From positions 14,324,001-14,388,000 of the forward strand of contig CM059432.1 in the NCBI GenBank assembly GCA_030390025.1: a stretch of 64,000 bases of DNA, given 5' to 3'. The notes below the pieces were generated by a model. The model saw nothing but the letters and a program-made list of their open reading frames with translations. It did not search any database and had not been told where the DNA came from. Position numbers and translations under genes: made by a program. The stretch is from Squalus acanthias (lineage: Eukaryota). Of this stretch, positions 12,600 through 24,890 are shown piece by piece; the stretch's first letter is position 1, and every line of letters starts with the position of its first letter.

Positions 12600-13005
12600 T
12601 GCTCGCGCCACTTCACACAATCAATTTCTTAGAGCCCAGTGACTGTTGTTATGTGGACAAATGCGTCAACTATTCTGCAGCAGCAACGTTCCACAAGCAG
12701 GAATGAGGTGAAAAGATTATTAATCTGTTTTATTTTTGCGGTACTGGTTGAAATAGAAATGTTGGCCAATACATTGGGAAAGCTCCCTGCTCTGAATATT
12801 GCCATGTGATCTTTATTGTCCACCTGAACCATTGGAAAAGGCAGTCAGGACCTCAGTTTAGCATTTCAACCAAAGGATGGCACCTCTGACACAGCAGCAT
12901 TTTTGCGCTGGTGCATCAGCCTTGATTATGTGCTCAAGTCCTGGTGTGGCACTCAAATCCACAATCTTCTGACGCATATCAGAGAGTGCTACTAACTGAT
13001 CCAAG
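12600..13005 (-). mobile_element. Deu-domain SINE, decayed
   Basis: ggatggcacctctgacacagcagc...gtgctcaagtcctggtgtggcactcaaatccacaatcttctgac matches the family. Confidence 0.7.
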
Positions 13006-13149
13006 AGGTCAGTGGAATACTTATTCTCACCTTGAAGTTTTTCCCTGAGGGCACTGACTCATGCTGGGATACAGGTCCATGGGTGCTATTAACCCTTCAG
13101 AACTTCACCAACCTCATTCTTCATGCATGAACCTCAACAGTGAATGTGA

Positions 13150-13572
13150 CATAGAGTTACATAGAATGAGGTATATAGCACAGAAACAGGCCATTTGGCC
13201 TAACAGGTCCGTGCCGTTGTTTATGCTCCACACGAGCCTTCTCCCACTGCTCTTCATCTCACCCTATCAGCATATCCTTTTATTCCTTTCTCCCTCATGT
13301 GCTTATCCAGCTTCCCCTGAAATGGATCTATGCTATTCGCTTCAACCACTCCCTGTGGTAGCGAGTTCCACATTCTCACCACTCTTTGGGCAAAGAAGTT
13401 TCTCCTGAATTCCCTATTGGATTTATTGGTGACTATCTTATATTTATGACCTCTAGTTTTGGTCTCCCCACAAGTGGAAACATCTTCTCTACGTCTACCC
13501 TATCAAACCATTTCATAACCTTAAAGACCTCTATCAGGTCACCCCTCAGTCTTCTCTTTTTGAGAGAAAAGA
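13150..13572 (-). mobile_element. CR1-type LINE 3' fragment inserted in an AmnSINE2-like copy
   Basis: Reverse complement of FSLKKRRLRGDLIEVFKVMKWFDRVDVEKMFPLVG...; catag-repeat tail. SINE sequence flanks both sides. Confidence 0.85.
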
Positions 13573-13989
13573 GCGAGACCAATCGTGTCCTCATCCAACA
13601 TCCACATGCACTTTTCTTGGGATCACTAGGTTGTGAGCAGTTGCTGGACCTTAGCTGATTTTGTTCCTTTACCTAACCCAGAGGTACAGACACCAATTCC
13701 AGCATCTATGCAGCTACTAAGATCAGCTAACTCACTAAACATTAGTGATCAAACCTGAGATCCCGCTGGTCTATAATGGGTTGTCTTTACCAATTGAAAA
13801 CTGGGGGGAGGGCAGGCTAGGAAATGTGATCACTGTTGAGAGCTTTTGTGTTTTTTTAACGGATTTGAACAACAGTCTAGGCCGACCAAGAAAAAGTGAC
13901 ATTCTTTCAATTTGCCCTAAAATTAACGCAAATAATTCAGCCCAAAGTCTGTCAGCTGAGGTGATTTGTTGGAAGCATTTCTGCTCTCA

Positions 13990-15228
13990 ATTCTTTTTTT
14001 GTATTCGTTCCTGAGATGTGGGTGTCGCTGGCAAGGCCAGCATTTATTACCCATCCCTAATTGCCCTTGAGAAGGTGGTGGTGAGCCGTCTTCTTGAACC
14101 ACTGCAGTCCGCGTGGTGAAGGTACTCCCATAATGCTGTTAGGGAGGGAGTTCCAGGATTTTGACCGAGCAACTATGAAGGAACAGCAATATATTTCCAA
14201 GTCAGGATGGTGTGTGACTTGGAAGGGAACTTGGAGGTGATGGTGTTCTCATGCACCTGCTGCCCTTGTCCTTCTAGGTGGTAGAGGTTGCGGGTTTGGG
14301 AGGTGCTGTCAAAGAAGCCTTGGCAAGTTGCTGCAGTGCATCTTGTAGATGGTACACACTGCAGCCACGGTACGCCGGTGGTGGAGGGAGTGAATGTTTA
14401 AGGTGGTGATGGGGTGCCAATCAAGCAGGCTGCTTTGTCCTGGATGGTGTTGAGCTTCTTGAGTGTTGTTGGAGCTGCACTTATCCAGGCAAGTGGAGAG
14501 TATTCCATCACACTCCTGCCTTGTGCCATGTAGATGGTGGAAAGGCTTTGGGGAGTCAGGAGGTGAGACACTCGCTGCAGAATACCTAGCCTCTGACTTG
14601 CTCTTGTAGCCACAGTATTTAAGTGGCTAGTCCAGTTATGTTTCTGGTCAATGATGACCCCCAGGATGTTGATGTTGGGGGATTTGGCGATGGTAATGCC
14701 ATTGAATGTTAAGGGGCGGTGGTTAGACGCTCTATTGTTGGAGATAGTCATTGCTTGGCACTTGTGTGGCGTGAATGTTACCTGCCACTTATCAGCCCAA
14801 GCCTGAATGTCGTCCAGGTCTTGCTGCATGCGGGCATGGACTGCTTCATTATCTGAGGAGTTGCAAATGGAACTGAACACTGTGCAATCACCAGTGAACA
14901 TCCCCATTTCTGATCTTATGATGGAGGGAAGGTCATTGATGAAGCAGCTGAAGATGGTTGGGCCTAGGGCACTGCCCTGAGGAACTCCTGCAGCGATGTC
15001 CTGGGGCTGTGATGATTGACATTCAACCACCACAACCATCTTCCTTTGTGCTAGGTATGAGTCCAGCCAGTGATGAGTTTTTCCCATCATTCCCATTGAC
15101 TTCAATTTTACGAGGGCTCCTTGATGCCACATTCGGTCAAATGTTGCCTTGATGTCAAGGGCAGTCACTCTCACCTCACCTTTGGAATTCAGCTCCCTTG
15201 TCCATGTTTGGACCAAGGCTGTAATGAT
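13990..15228 (-). mobile_element. Non-LTR retrotransposon (third LINE family, CR1/Jockey group; clade unassigned), 5'-truncated RT plus 3' end
   Basis: ORF 14398-15216 has RT motifs ALDIKATFDRMWH, GVPQGSALGPTIFSCFINDL and degenerate FTGD. Colinear with 46738-48372. Confidence 0.9.
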
Positions 15229-16364
15229 TTGGTATTAAAAACTGAAACCTATTTTCAGTTTTAAATGTCATCTGCCCAGTATAATCACAATAGATTGAAA
15301 GACATGTCAGGAAAACTTGAGGTGGAAGAATCATCTTTTTTCCTAGCTGATGTCAAAGAAACAAGACAATCCCAAAAATACATTCGGAAGAAAGTAAGCA
15401 TCTAATCAAATTTATTTTCCCTTACGAACATTCAAAAACTGACGGACAGGAAAAGACCAGCTGGTCCATCAAGCCTGTTCCTTCTACTCTAATTTCTCCC
15501 AGTCCCTTCAGGAAGGAACTGATTCATGATGGCTCCACTGGCATCAGGTGACCTCTAGGAGCTTGTCCATATGACCATTATTCATGTGTGAGTTGAGGCA
15601 GTGCGGTAGATTTTTAGGTGTGGTGCCTATCGGGAAGACAGAGTGATCAGGACACATTTTGATGGTCAGGCCTCATATAAATCTGACGGGCAAGCTGCTG
15701 ACACATTTCCCGTGCCGCTTCTCAACTTGCCGATTGGGATGGGAGGGGGGGGGGGGGGGGTCGTAAATCCAGCAACTGCTCTGCAGAGCCGAGATGGCCA
15801 TTTCAACTTAAAGGGGCGGGCCAGGCGATTGTGAGGGGTGGGAGGCCCTGCAGAAGGTCCAGCATCAGGCGTGAAGATTTTTGAAGGGCCTGGAGCTGCA
15901 TTCATGCTCCTCCTGGCTCCACAAAAATCCGTAAAACCACTCACCTGTGGCAGGTCGGGAGTGGCCTCCAGTGCTCCCTTTAAGTTCCGCTGGTTAGACC
16001 ACTCTGTATAGAGTTCAACTGAGCAGAGCACGCAACCCATTGGAACTCTAAAATAGCATTGGGTCCTACGTACATGATGTCCCGCCTGTTTCCCGGTGGC
16101 ACCTTTCCTATTTCCCAGCCTGGATCAGAATGGAAGCGGGGCAGATGTCAGTGGCAGCGGGGTGGAAATTCTTTTTTTTTTTAGCGTTTTTGATCTCGCC
16201 GCTGCCCCATTCGACGGGACGTTTGGGAGATCAATATTGGCCTTAGTGAGTGCTGGTATCGCAGCTGAACCCCAGAGTCCTGTCCTCACCTGATGTCCAT
16301 AAATGTGCGCTTTCCAGTGGGAGTCACAGTGGGCGCATTTTCCGGCCCGAGACCAGAGGCACTG

Positions 16365-16598
16365 AGAATCATAGAATCATAGAAAGTTACAGCACGGAAG
16401 GAGGCCATTTCGGCCAATCGTGTCCGCGCCGGCCAACAAAGAGCTGTCCAGCCTAATCCCACTTCCCAGCTCTTGCTCCGTAGCCCTGCAGGTTAGAGCA
16501 TCCCAAGTGCACATCCAAGTACTTTTTAAATGTGGTGAGGGTTCCTGCCTCTACCACCCTTTCAGGCAGTGAGTTCCAGACCCCCACAACCCTCTGAG
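16365..16598 (-). mobile_element. CR1-type LINE 3' end
   Basis: QRVVGVWNSLPERVVEAGTLTTFKKYLD plus (ATTCTATG)n tail. Confidence 0.88.
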
Positions 16599-16678
16599 GC
16601 GAACTGTACAGTTTAAACACCGCTCGGAGCAGCAGCAAGCACTAACTGAACATCACACAACAAAACCTGATCTTGTAC

Positions 16679-16758
16679 CTCTGAAGATTTGCTTTACGAG
16701 TTTCTTCTTCTTCTTGGAACTCGGCAGTGTCCTTCGTCTCACAAATTTCATTCAGAGC
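16679..16758 (-). CDS. MTCL1: MTCL1 coding exon, 80 nt, phase 0-2 (absent from the ORF track)
   Basis: Acceptor TTTCCATTTTATAG|GCT, donor CAGAG|GTACAAG. ALNEICETKDTAEFQEEEETRKANLQ(R) matches recalled EEEENHKGNLQR. The split codon AG|G joins exactly to the next exon. Confidence 0.92.
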
Positions 16759-17284
16759 CTATAAAATGGAAAGAAGCACTTCAACAACTTTGCGTTTTAC
16801 GCAGCGCTTTATTTTGTGGCCTATTGTTAACGTTTGTACCGTTACACCCTATTGTTATGTCGCCTAATGTAAAAACACAGTCACCAACCACATTCCAGAG
16901 AAATCTGAACCCGCCACAATATCAATGTGCCAAATGGGGTATTACAGCAAGTGATGGTGAGCGCCAAATGTTCATCTGCTTATGAAACAGATCACTGCGG
17001 ATGACCTGCAGTGTCCTTGAACAGCTGATCTTTCATGCTCATTGAGAAACAAAGGAACACAGCATCACCATGCAATACATTGTGTGCCTTTAAATACAAT
17101 ATTATAAGCTGCTCAATCATACTTCATTAAATACTATAATCAGACAAGCTGAAAGGCATCTTAATTTTATGATTGAGGTAGTTCAACTTGGTTACTTTGA
17201 TGATATAATTAGCGCTGGAAAAACAATTTGAAAATGTCATTCCTTGCTTCACAAGTTTTGGCTCTTTACTATCGGCAAATGTTG

Positions 17285-18255
17285 TTAACCAACAGCTTGC
17301 ACTTGCATAGTGCCGTCAATGTCGCAACGTGTCCCAGGGCACCTCGTAGTTGGGTGCCAGGCCGAAGGGGGATTAGGTGGGGCATGTGACCTAAAACACA
17401 GTCTACGAGGTAGGTTTTAAGGGAACCATCGAAGGGAGGGAAAAATGCAGCAAAAGAAAGGGGTTTCGGGAGTGATTTCCTGAGCATGGAGGTGCGATGG
17501 CTGAAGGCCCTGCCACTGATGCTGAAGTGGTGGGAGGGGAAAATTTACAGTAGTCCCAGTTGGAAGAGGGGAGATGGTAGATAGGGATGTAGTGTTGGAG
17601 GGGTTGAAAATTTAAGAGAGGGCAAGATCGTGGAGGGATTTGAGGACAAGGACGAGGATTTTGAAATCAATGCGCTGAGGGACAGTGGAGGATGGCAAAG
17701 ATAAGATCAATAGGTGAGCAGGATTTTTGCAGAATAGAATATGGACAATGGAGTTCTGGATGATTTGGAGTTTATGTAAGGTGAAACTCAAAAGGCCAGG
17801 AAAGAGGGCATTGGAAAAGTTGCCTGTCGGTGACAAAGTGTGGATGGGGGTTTCAGTGGGCGTGGGGTGAAGTAGAGACAGAGATGGGTGATATTTCAGA
17901 GGTGGAAGTAGACAGTGATCAATTGGATTTGGGGGGTTGAAGCTCAGCTCAGGGATGAGGACATCGAGGCTGTGTACTGTTGGGTTGAGCTTGAGAGGGC
18001 ATCCTGGAAGGGGGATGGGGGTCTGCTGACCGGGGTGAAAAGTTTCTGATGCCTTTGCTCACTGTTGAGTTGTAGCTCATCCACAACTTGATGTCTGACA
18101 GATAGTCATTATTATTGCACTGCAACAGTCATTGAAGTGGGTAGGTAAAGCTGGGCATCATCAGCACTCCCAACGCTGATGCAATGTTTTTGGTTAATGT
18201 TGCCGAGGGATAACATTTCGATGAGGAATAGGAGGAGGCCAAGGATGGAACCGTA
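17285..18255 (-). mobile_element. Old, diverged L2-clade LINE fragment
   Basis: LHKLQIIQNS...PQRIDFKILVLVLKSLHDLA; tail ggcactatgcaagtgcaagctgttg. Confidence 0.7.
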
Positions 18256-18389
18256 GAATGCAAACAAAAACTGGTCACTCGCCAAAACCTGTTTCTTGAA
18301 GTTTAACCAGAAAGAATCCTTGTAATCAAATAAGGACCTGAGGCACGGGAGTGTTGCATCATGGATAAGATGGAAAAAGGAACAGCACC

Positions 18390-18970
18390 GAAGGATTGGA
18401 AATTAGCATACAAGGGGGTAGAAGTTATGCTGCAGCCCTGGTTAGACCACACCTGGAGTACTGTGAGCAGTTCTGGGCACCACACCTTAGGAAGGATATA
18501 TTGGCCTTGCGGGAGTGCAGCGTAGAATGATACCCGGACTCCAAGGGTTAAATTACAAGGAGAGATTACACAAATTAGGGTTGTATTCCCTAGAATTTAG
18601 AAGGTTAAGGAGTGATATGATCGAAGTTTTAAAGATATTAAAGGGAACAGATAGGGTAGATAAAGAGAAACTATTTTCTAGGATTAAGCGGGCATAGTCT
18701 AAAAATTAGAGCCAGACCTTTCAGGAGTGAAATTAGGAAACACTTGTACACACAAAGGGTGGTAGAAGTTTGGAACTCTCTTCCGCAAATGGCAATTGAT
18801 GCTAGATCAATTGTTAATCTGAGATTGATAGCTTTTTGTTAACCAAAGGTATTAAGGGATATGGGCCATTGGTGGGTATATGGAGTTGGGTCACAGATCA
18901 GCCATGATCTCATTGAATGGCAGAACAGACTCGAGTGGCTGAATGGCCTACTCCTGTTCCTGTGTTCCTA
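18390..18970 (+). mobile_element. CR1-type LINE 3' fragment
   Basis: [50 protein letters not shown]; same subfamily as 8925-9290. Confidence 0.9.
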
Positions 18971-20309
18971 TGGCAGGAGGAATAAAAACATTAATGTTAC
19001 TTATAGTCTGACCCCAGAAAAGTTGTCCCGTGGAATATTCCAACCGTGGTCATATTATTGTAACATGATAAATTCAACCATAAATACCAAAAGATTTCTG
19101 AAACCAGGTCATTTGGATCCCGAGCTTGCGATACCAATTGTCTATGTAGTCATCCTGAAAGAATGACAGGTTTGCCTGCAACGTGATTTCAAAGGTCTGC
19201 ATTGACAGGATGCAAAGATGCGAGCTGAAGTAAGAATATTTTTGCCACTGTACATGGGCATATTGGGTTAAAAAAAACATGAAGACATGCGATCATGACC
19301 TAAGTAGAAATAGACCTCTATTGGTGAGCCAAAATTGTAAAAAAAAAAATTTAAAGTTTAACTAAATAGCAATAACTCCCCCCCCACCCTCATCAAGGAG
19401 TATCCTGTTATCTCTTCCCCCGCTCGAGAGATGGAGCAGCTGCCACTGTGAGGCACCACATCTAGATGTAGTAAACACACAGGCAGCCACTATCATGTGT
19501 GAGTTCCAGTTGAGGCTCTGATTAAAATGCAGCTCGGCATCCCAGTCCATTGCTGCTGCAGCTCACAGGAAGCAGCAACTCCCGCTGTCTGAGAGCTCCA
19601 CGAGGCACATTTCTAAAGAGTTTTGCCATTCCTTGACTAGGTGGCAGCAGGAACAGCTTGCGACAGCAAAGAACTTCATCTTCTGATTGCCCCTCTAGCC
19701 TTAGTTAATGCAACAAAAGCCGGTTGTGTGAAGTTAAGAACCATCCTATGTTTTAGAATTTTATTGCAGAAATGGGGTGGTGCTGGCACTGTACCCTCCT
19801 CACTGTGAGGCACTGTTTTGCTGATTCTATTTCGCAGCGCAAAACCCTGCCTCACATTATGAAAAACCCAACGCAATTTACTTCAACGCACTAGGATTCT
19901 AGAGGGGCTATTGTTGGGCAAATGGCCTTGTGTGGTACAATGTATATAGAGCAGTCATTCCCTCCTTTAGGTAAAAACAATTTATGTTCCTTTGAAGAAA
20001 AAAAAAAGCGACATTTTCCTCAATTTAATAATGAACCGGCTGCTGTAAAGCTTCAGCATTCCCAGCCAGGTGTCTGCTTTGACAGCAGTTCAATCATGCA
20101 GCACCAAGTTATATCGCCCCACTTGCACCACTCTGTGCTCAGGCAAAGTGAATCTCTCTCTGTGCATACTTAAAGGCAAAAACGGAGCTCTGCTCACCGC
20201 TGTCTGAATGCCAGGGAAATGTTTAATGTTAGTTGCTGCTCTGGTGGCTCTTTATTAAAAATATCAGCGCTTTTTTAAACTATAAAAAGTCAGCTTTTAA
20301 CGTTTTTTA

Positions 20310-20702
20310 AAAATTCGCTCATGGGATGTGGCATCGCTGGCAAGGCCAGCAATTATTGCCCTTGACAAGGTGGTGGTGAGCCGCCTTCTTGAACCGCTGC
20401 AGTCCGTGCAGTGGCTTGGTACAACCGAGTGGCTTGCTAGGTCATTTCAGAGTCAAACACGTAGCTGTGGGTCTGGAGTCACATATCGGCCAGACTGGGT
20501 AAGGACAGTAGATTTCCTTCCCTAAAGGACATCAGTGAACCAGATGGTTTTTACAACAACCCAGTAGTTTCATGACCACCATTACTGATAGTAACTTTTT
20601 AATTCCAGATTTATTTAATAAACTGAATTTAAATTCCCCAGCTCCGCCAGATCAGTAGTCCAGGCCTCTGGATTACTAGTCAAGCAACATAACCCCTATA
20701 GC
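20310..20702 (-). mobile_element. tRNA-type SINE carrying the 3' tail of the third LINE family
   Basis: Tail (gatgtggcatcgctggcaaggccagc..) shared with LINE 13990-15228. Body (ggtaaggac..cctaaaggacatcagtgaaccagatgg) shared with 35880-36245(+) and in part 37950-38120. Confidence 0.65.
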
Positions 20703-21265
20703 GTGCTGGCTGACGTAAGCATATTACCGACTGCACATTTTCATGCAACAAAGAAACCCACATTAACTCAGTGGAGTCTGTAATCTAACTGGCCTACATT
20801 GAAAAACACGTGGGGAAAGTTGTTCTTTCAATATTGAGTGCAGCAAAATCTGTGAAGAGTTATTTGTGAGTGGGTTTATGGTTTTGTTCTATCTAGCGCA
20901 CAGGGTAAAGCTCCCCCATGAAGTTGTAAAGAACACAGTTTAGTCATTTGAAAGCATGCTTGCTGGAGTTTCAGAGAGGCTCAGTTCACGTTGTCAGGAA
21001 GGGATGAGCGGTCACAGAGGTCAGATGCAGCTTATGATGCAACAATATCATCATGTTACCAAATATGTCACTGCACAGCCCCGTTTACAAACCTGGTGAA
21101 ATGAGATGGAATTCATTTTACTAGGAGGCTCCTGTAAATGATTTTTAAAATCCCTGTGAAAGAAATGGTGCATCGGTTAGTACAGCTATATACAGCAATA
21201 TTTCTATTGTGTATATACCCGTTGACAGCAGATTCCGACTGGCTGATGTCATAGTTAGGACTAAC

Positions 21266-21589
21266 CTCACCAATGCAGATTGCAAAGTTTTTCTTCTCGC
21301 TTTCCAAGCTGCAAGGCTGAGGGACCTCGGCTTCACTTAATGAGTCAAGTGACAAGGCATCAAGGAACAAATTTGGAGGAGCGTGGAACCTGTCACCTTC
21401 CTTCAGAGCAAAGGATGCAGCATGTTCTCTGCATGGCTGTCCCTCAGATTCCAAGAAAGGCCTGTGGCCTTGTGAGCGACGACTGTGAATGCTCCCTCGT
21501 GCCGGACATTGTCCGAAGGCCTCCAGCACTGGCTCCTGTTGGTCAGTGAAATGGCCTTCTCCTCTCCGGGGCTTGCCCTCTGTCTGAAG
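21266..21589 (-). CDS. MTCL1: MTCL1 coding exon, 324 nt, phase 0-0
   Basis: Acceptor CCTAATACAG|CTT, donor GAG|GTTAGT. LQTEGKPRRGEGHFTDQ...LKEGDRFHAPPNLFLDALSLDS matches recalled LQKENSPRR...LKESDR...NLYLDALSLD. Confidence 0.92.
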
Positions 21590-22909
21590 CTGTATTAGGA
21601 ACACAAGAGGGTCGTTTCTAACAGGCAAACGTTTGAACAGCTGAAAATGAAATGGAAGCAGCTGCTGGGAATGTGGCAACACGTTGTAACGGTCCCCACA
21701 TGAATCACTAATACTCAGTTGCCACAAGAGCACCGTGGTTAGGATGCTCACAAGTTTGATTTCCATGCACTGACCTATGGCGGGTGTTTCCTCTATTCCA
21801 AGCAGGAGCACTGGAGGAGATGCAGAGGAGTTAACTTCACAGAAGCCCAGTACACAGAGGCTGCCAGAACGTTACAAGGACTATTTCTAATGCTCAAAGC
21901 GTCACTTGTTATCGAATTGCATTGTTATCACTGTTTGTGGCAAAAGCTAGATTTAGGGTTGCCATGCTTTGCAAAGGCCAAAACCAGACGAGGGGCAGAG
22001 GAGGACATGAGATCACGGCTCAAGATCAGATGTTTGCTTTGTTGCTGATAAAAATGAATGCCTTAGTAACTTTAATAATGAAAGCCTCTGCATCACAAGC
22101 CACAAAAGTAACCGGAAATAATGGACCTTATTTTAATACCACATTTTTAGGTTTAGAAATTTCCATAAACCCTACCCAAAAATCAGACTGCCCAGTTCAA
22201 AGTCACAACCCCAGTTAGATTACATAACGTAGGTATATTATTCTCATTCTAGCAAAGTAGTTCAACCTCCGCATACAAAGGAAATACGTTGTTGTTCAAA
22301 GGAAGAAAGACATTGTCCTTTTAGGGGGTTTGCGTCACAAATAGCCATCTTGGTCAGGCGCTTTCTCCCTCTTCTGCTGTACATTAGACCTCACCTTGAG
22401 TCATGCCTTGGTTCTTGGGGCAGAGGCCCCAAGTAGGAACAATGAAAGAAGGCCGCATTACACAGGAAAAATTTAACAGAAAGTTCCAAGCTCCATAAGG
22501 TTATAAAGATAACCAAGGAGAAGGAACTTTGCATGTAGAGTCTGAATTAGGTTCAAAAGATGAGAAAGACCATGCTTAAAAGTCTGATATTCTCCTTCAT
22601 TCTATCAACTTCCATTTACAATTGAGTTTCACCAAATATAGGAGCACAACTTCATCAACATTTTTGAACATTTTTTGGAAATTTAGAAACATTAGGTGGA
22701 ACAAACCCATGATTTTATGATCAACCTTGATCCTACATTACCCAACCTCTGACCATATCTCTCAATCACTTCTTTCCAGAAATATACCTAATTTCCTCCT
22801 GGATCCATCTATACTGTGATATTCAGTAGATTTCCCTGATAGCATTCCACAACTCCAATTAGCCTTTATGTAAGAAAGTTTTCCTTCTCATTCCTATCTT
22901 ACTAATTTT

Positions 22910-23820
22910 GAATGAAAACTGAAAATGCTGGAAACACTCAGCAGGGCAGGCAGCATCTGTAGAGAAAGAAACAGAGTTAACGTTTCAGGTCGATGGCCTT
23001 TCATCAGAACAGGCAGATGTTGTAGATGAACAGCTTTTAAGCAAGTGCAGAACCAGGGAAAAGGGGGGTAGGAAAAGAACAAAAGGGGGAGGAGGCCTGT
23101 GATAGAGTGGAGGGCAGGAGGGATTAAATGACAAATAAGTGATGGTGCAAGGCAAAAGGGGGTGATAATCCGATAAGTATAGAAACAAAAGATGGGTTCA
23201 GAGGAGGTGTAAATGGTCACAGCAGAATAGCAGAGGGTGAGGGAAGCATGGAAAATCTGGCAAAGAGGAGAAGGCCATCATGCCCCGGGAATGTGGTGGA
23301 ATAGAGTCAGGTAGACCCCAGGGGTGTGGACCATCGCCCCCCCCCCCCCGATAGGAGATCCCCACCCCAAGCACCTGCCCACACCTCCTCCACTCCCAGT
23401 GGCTCTGGAGCAGCCGTCCTCCAGAGAGAAAATGTAAGCGGTGGTTAAGGTCTAAAGTCGGTCAACTCAATGTTGAGTCCGGAAGGCTGTAAAGTGCCGA
23501 GCAGAAAGATGAGATGCTGTTCCTTGAGCTTGTGTTGAGCTTCAATGGAACAGCGTAGGGAGGCCAAGGACAAAGAGGTCAGAGTGCAAGTGGGATGGTG
23601 AAATAAAGTGGCAAGCAACCGGAAGCTCAGACTCACACTCGCAGCCTGAAGACAGGCGTTCAGCAAAGTGATCACTCAAACTACGTTCGGTTTTCCCAAT
23701 GTAGACGAGACCGCATTGTGAGCAGTGAATACGGTATACTAAGTTGGAAAAAGTATAAGTAAATTACTGTTACACCCAGTAGGGGTGTTTGGGGCCCTGG
23801 ATGGTGGGAAGGGAGGAGGT
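22910..23820 (-). mobile_element. Penelope-like retroelement 3' remnant (GIY-YIG endonuclease plus terminal repeat)
   Basis: Minus strand near 23760-23650 translates FSNLVYRIHCSQCGLVYIGKTERSLSDHFAERL (GIY-YIG motif). It is followed by EAQHKLKEQHLIFLLGTLQPSGLNIE and a terminal repeat also found at about 680-735, 30070-30195, 41370-41500, 58255-58365 and 59600-59730. Confidence 0.85.
22976..23010 (-). ncRNA. Candidate minimal type I hammerhead ribozyme motif in the Penelope-like terminal repeat
   Basis: Minus strand GUU-CUGAUGA-A-AGGCC-AUC-GACCU-GAAA-CGUU-AAC: intact CUGANGA and GAAA boxes, stem II with one mismatch, palindromic ACGU stem III, 3-bp stem I. Confidence 0.55.
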
Positions 23821-23964
23821 GTTATTTTTAACCTGTATCTTCGAGTCCTTTGCGACAGTGAACAAGTTGCCTGGATTTACTTTTTCAGTCCCCATCCTAA
23901 CCTCGAGAGATTTCATTTTAGTCATTGCACAGTCTCTTATTTTCAAAAAGCAACCCACCTTCCT

Positions 23965-24890
23965 TAACCTATTAGATCAAAGGAAGAGGCTTATAATGCT
24001 GCCAAAAAGAGTAGTAAGCCTGAGGATTGGGAGGATTTTAGAATTCAGCAAAAGAGGATCAAGAAATTGATAAGGAAAGGGAAAATAGAATCTGAGAGTA
24101 AACTAGCGAGAGATATAAAAACAGACTGTAAAACCTTCTATAGGTATGTAAAAAGGAAAAGATTAGCAAAAGTAAATGTGGGTCCCTTACAGGCTGAGAC
24201 AGGATAAATTATAATGGGGAATAAGGAAATGGCAGAGAAATTAAACAAATACTTTGTGTCTGTCTTCACGGAAGAAGACGCAAAAAAGTTCCTGGAAATA
24301 GTGGAGAACCAAGGCTGTAGTGAGAATGAGGAACTGAAAGAATTAGTATTAGTAAAAAAGTAGTATTGGAGAAATTAATGGGACTGAAAGCCGATAAATC
24401 CCCTGGACCTGATGGCCTACATTCTAGGGTTTTGAAAGAGTTAGCTATAGAGATAGTGGATGCATTGGTTGTCATCTTCCAAAATTCCATAGATTCTAGA
24501 ACGCTTCCTGCGGATTGGAAGGTAGCAAATGTAACTCCACTATTTAAGAAAGGAGGGAGAGAGAAAACAGGGAACTACAGACCAATTAGCCTGACATCAG
24601 TAGTTGAGAAAGTGCTAGAATCTATTATTAAGGATGTGGTAACAGGGCACTTAGAAAGTAATAATAGGATTGGGCAGAGTCAACACGGATTAATGAAAGG
24701 GAAATCGTGTTTGACAAATCTATTAGAGTTTTTTGAGGTTGTAACTAGCAGAATAGATAAGGGGGAACCAGTGGATGTGGTGTATTTGGATTTTCAGAAG
24801 GCATTCAATAAGGTGCCACACTAGAGGTTATTAAACAAAATTAGGGCTCATGGGATTGGGGGTAATATACTAGCATGGATTGAGGATTGA
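23965..24890 (+). mobile_element. CR1-type LINE ORF2 fragment (RT N-terminal half)
   Basis: ORF 24366-24824 KSPGPDG..WKVANVTPLFKKG..NYRPISLTS..SQHG..KSCLTNL..VYLDFQKAFNKVPH. Confidence 0.92.

Noticed and set aside
14398..15216. Intact or domesticated reverse transcriptase gene
   Set aside because: 5'-truncated, catalytic YADD-type motif degenerate (FTGD), frameshifted downstream. All RT ORFs in the window are broken.
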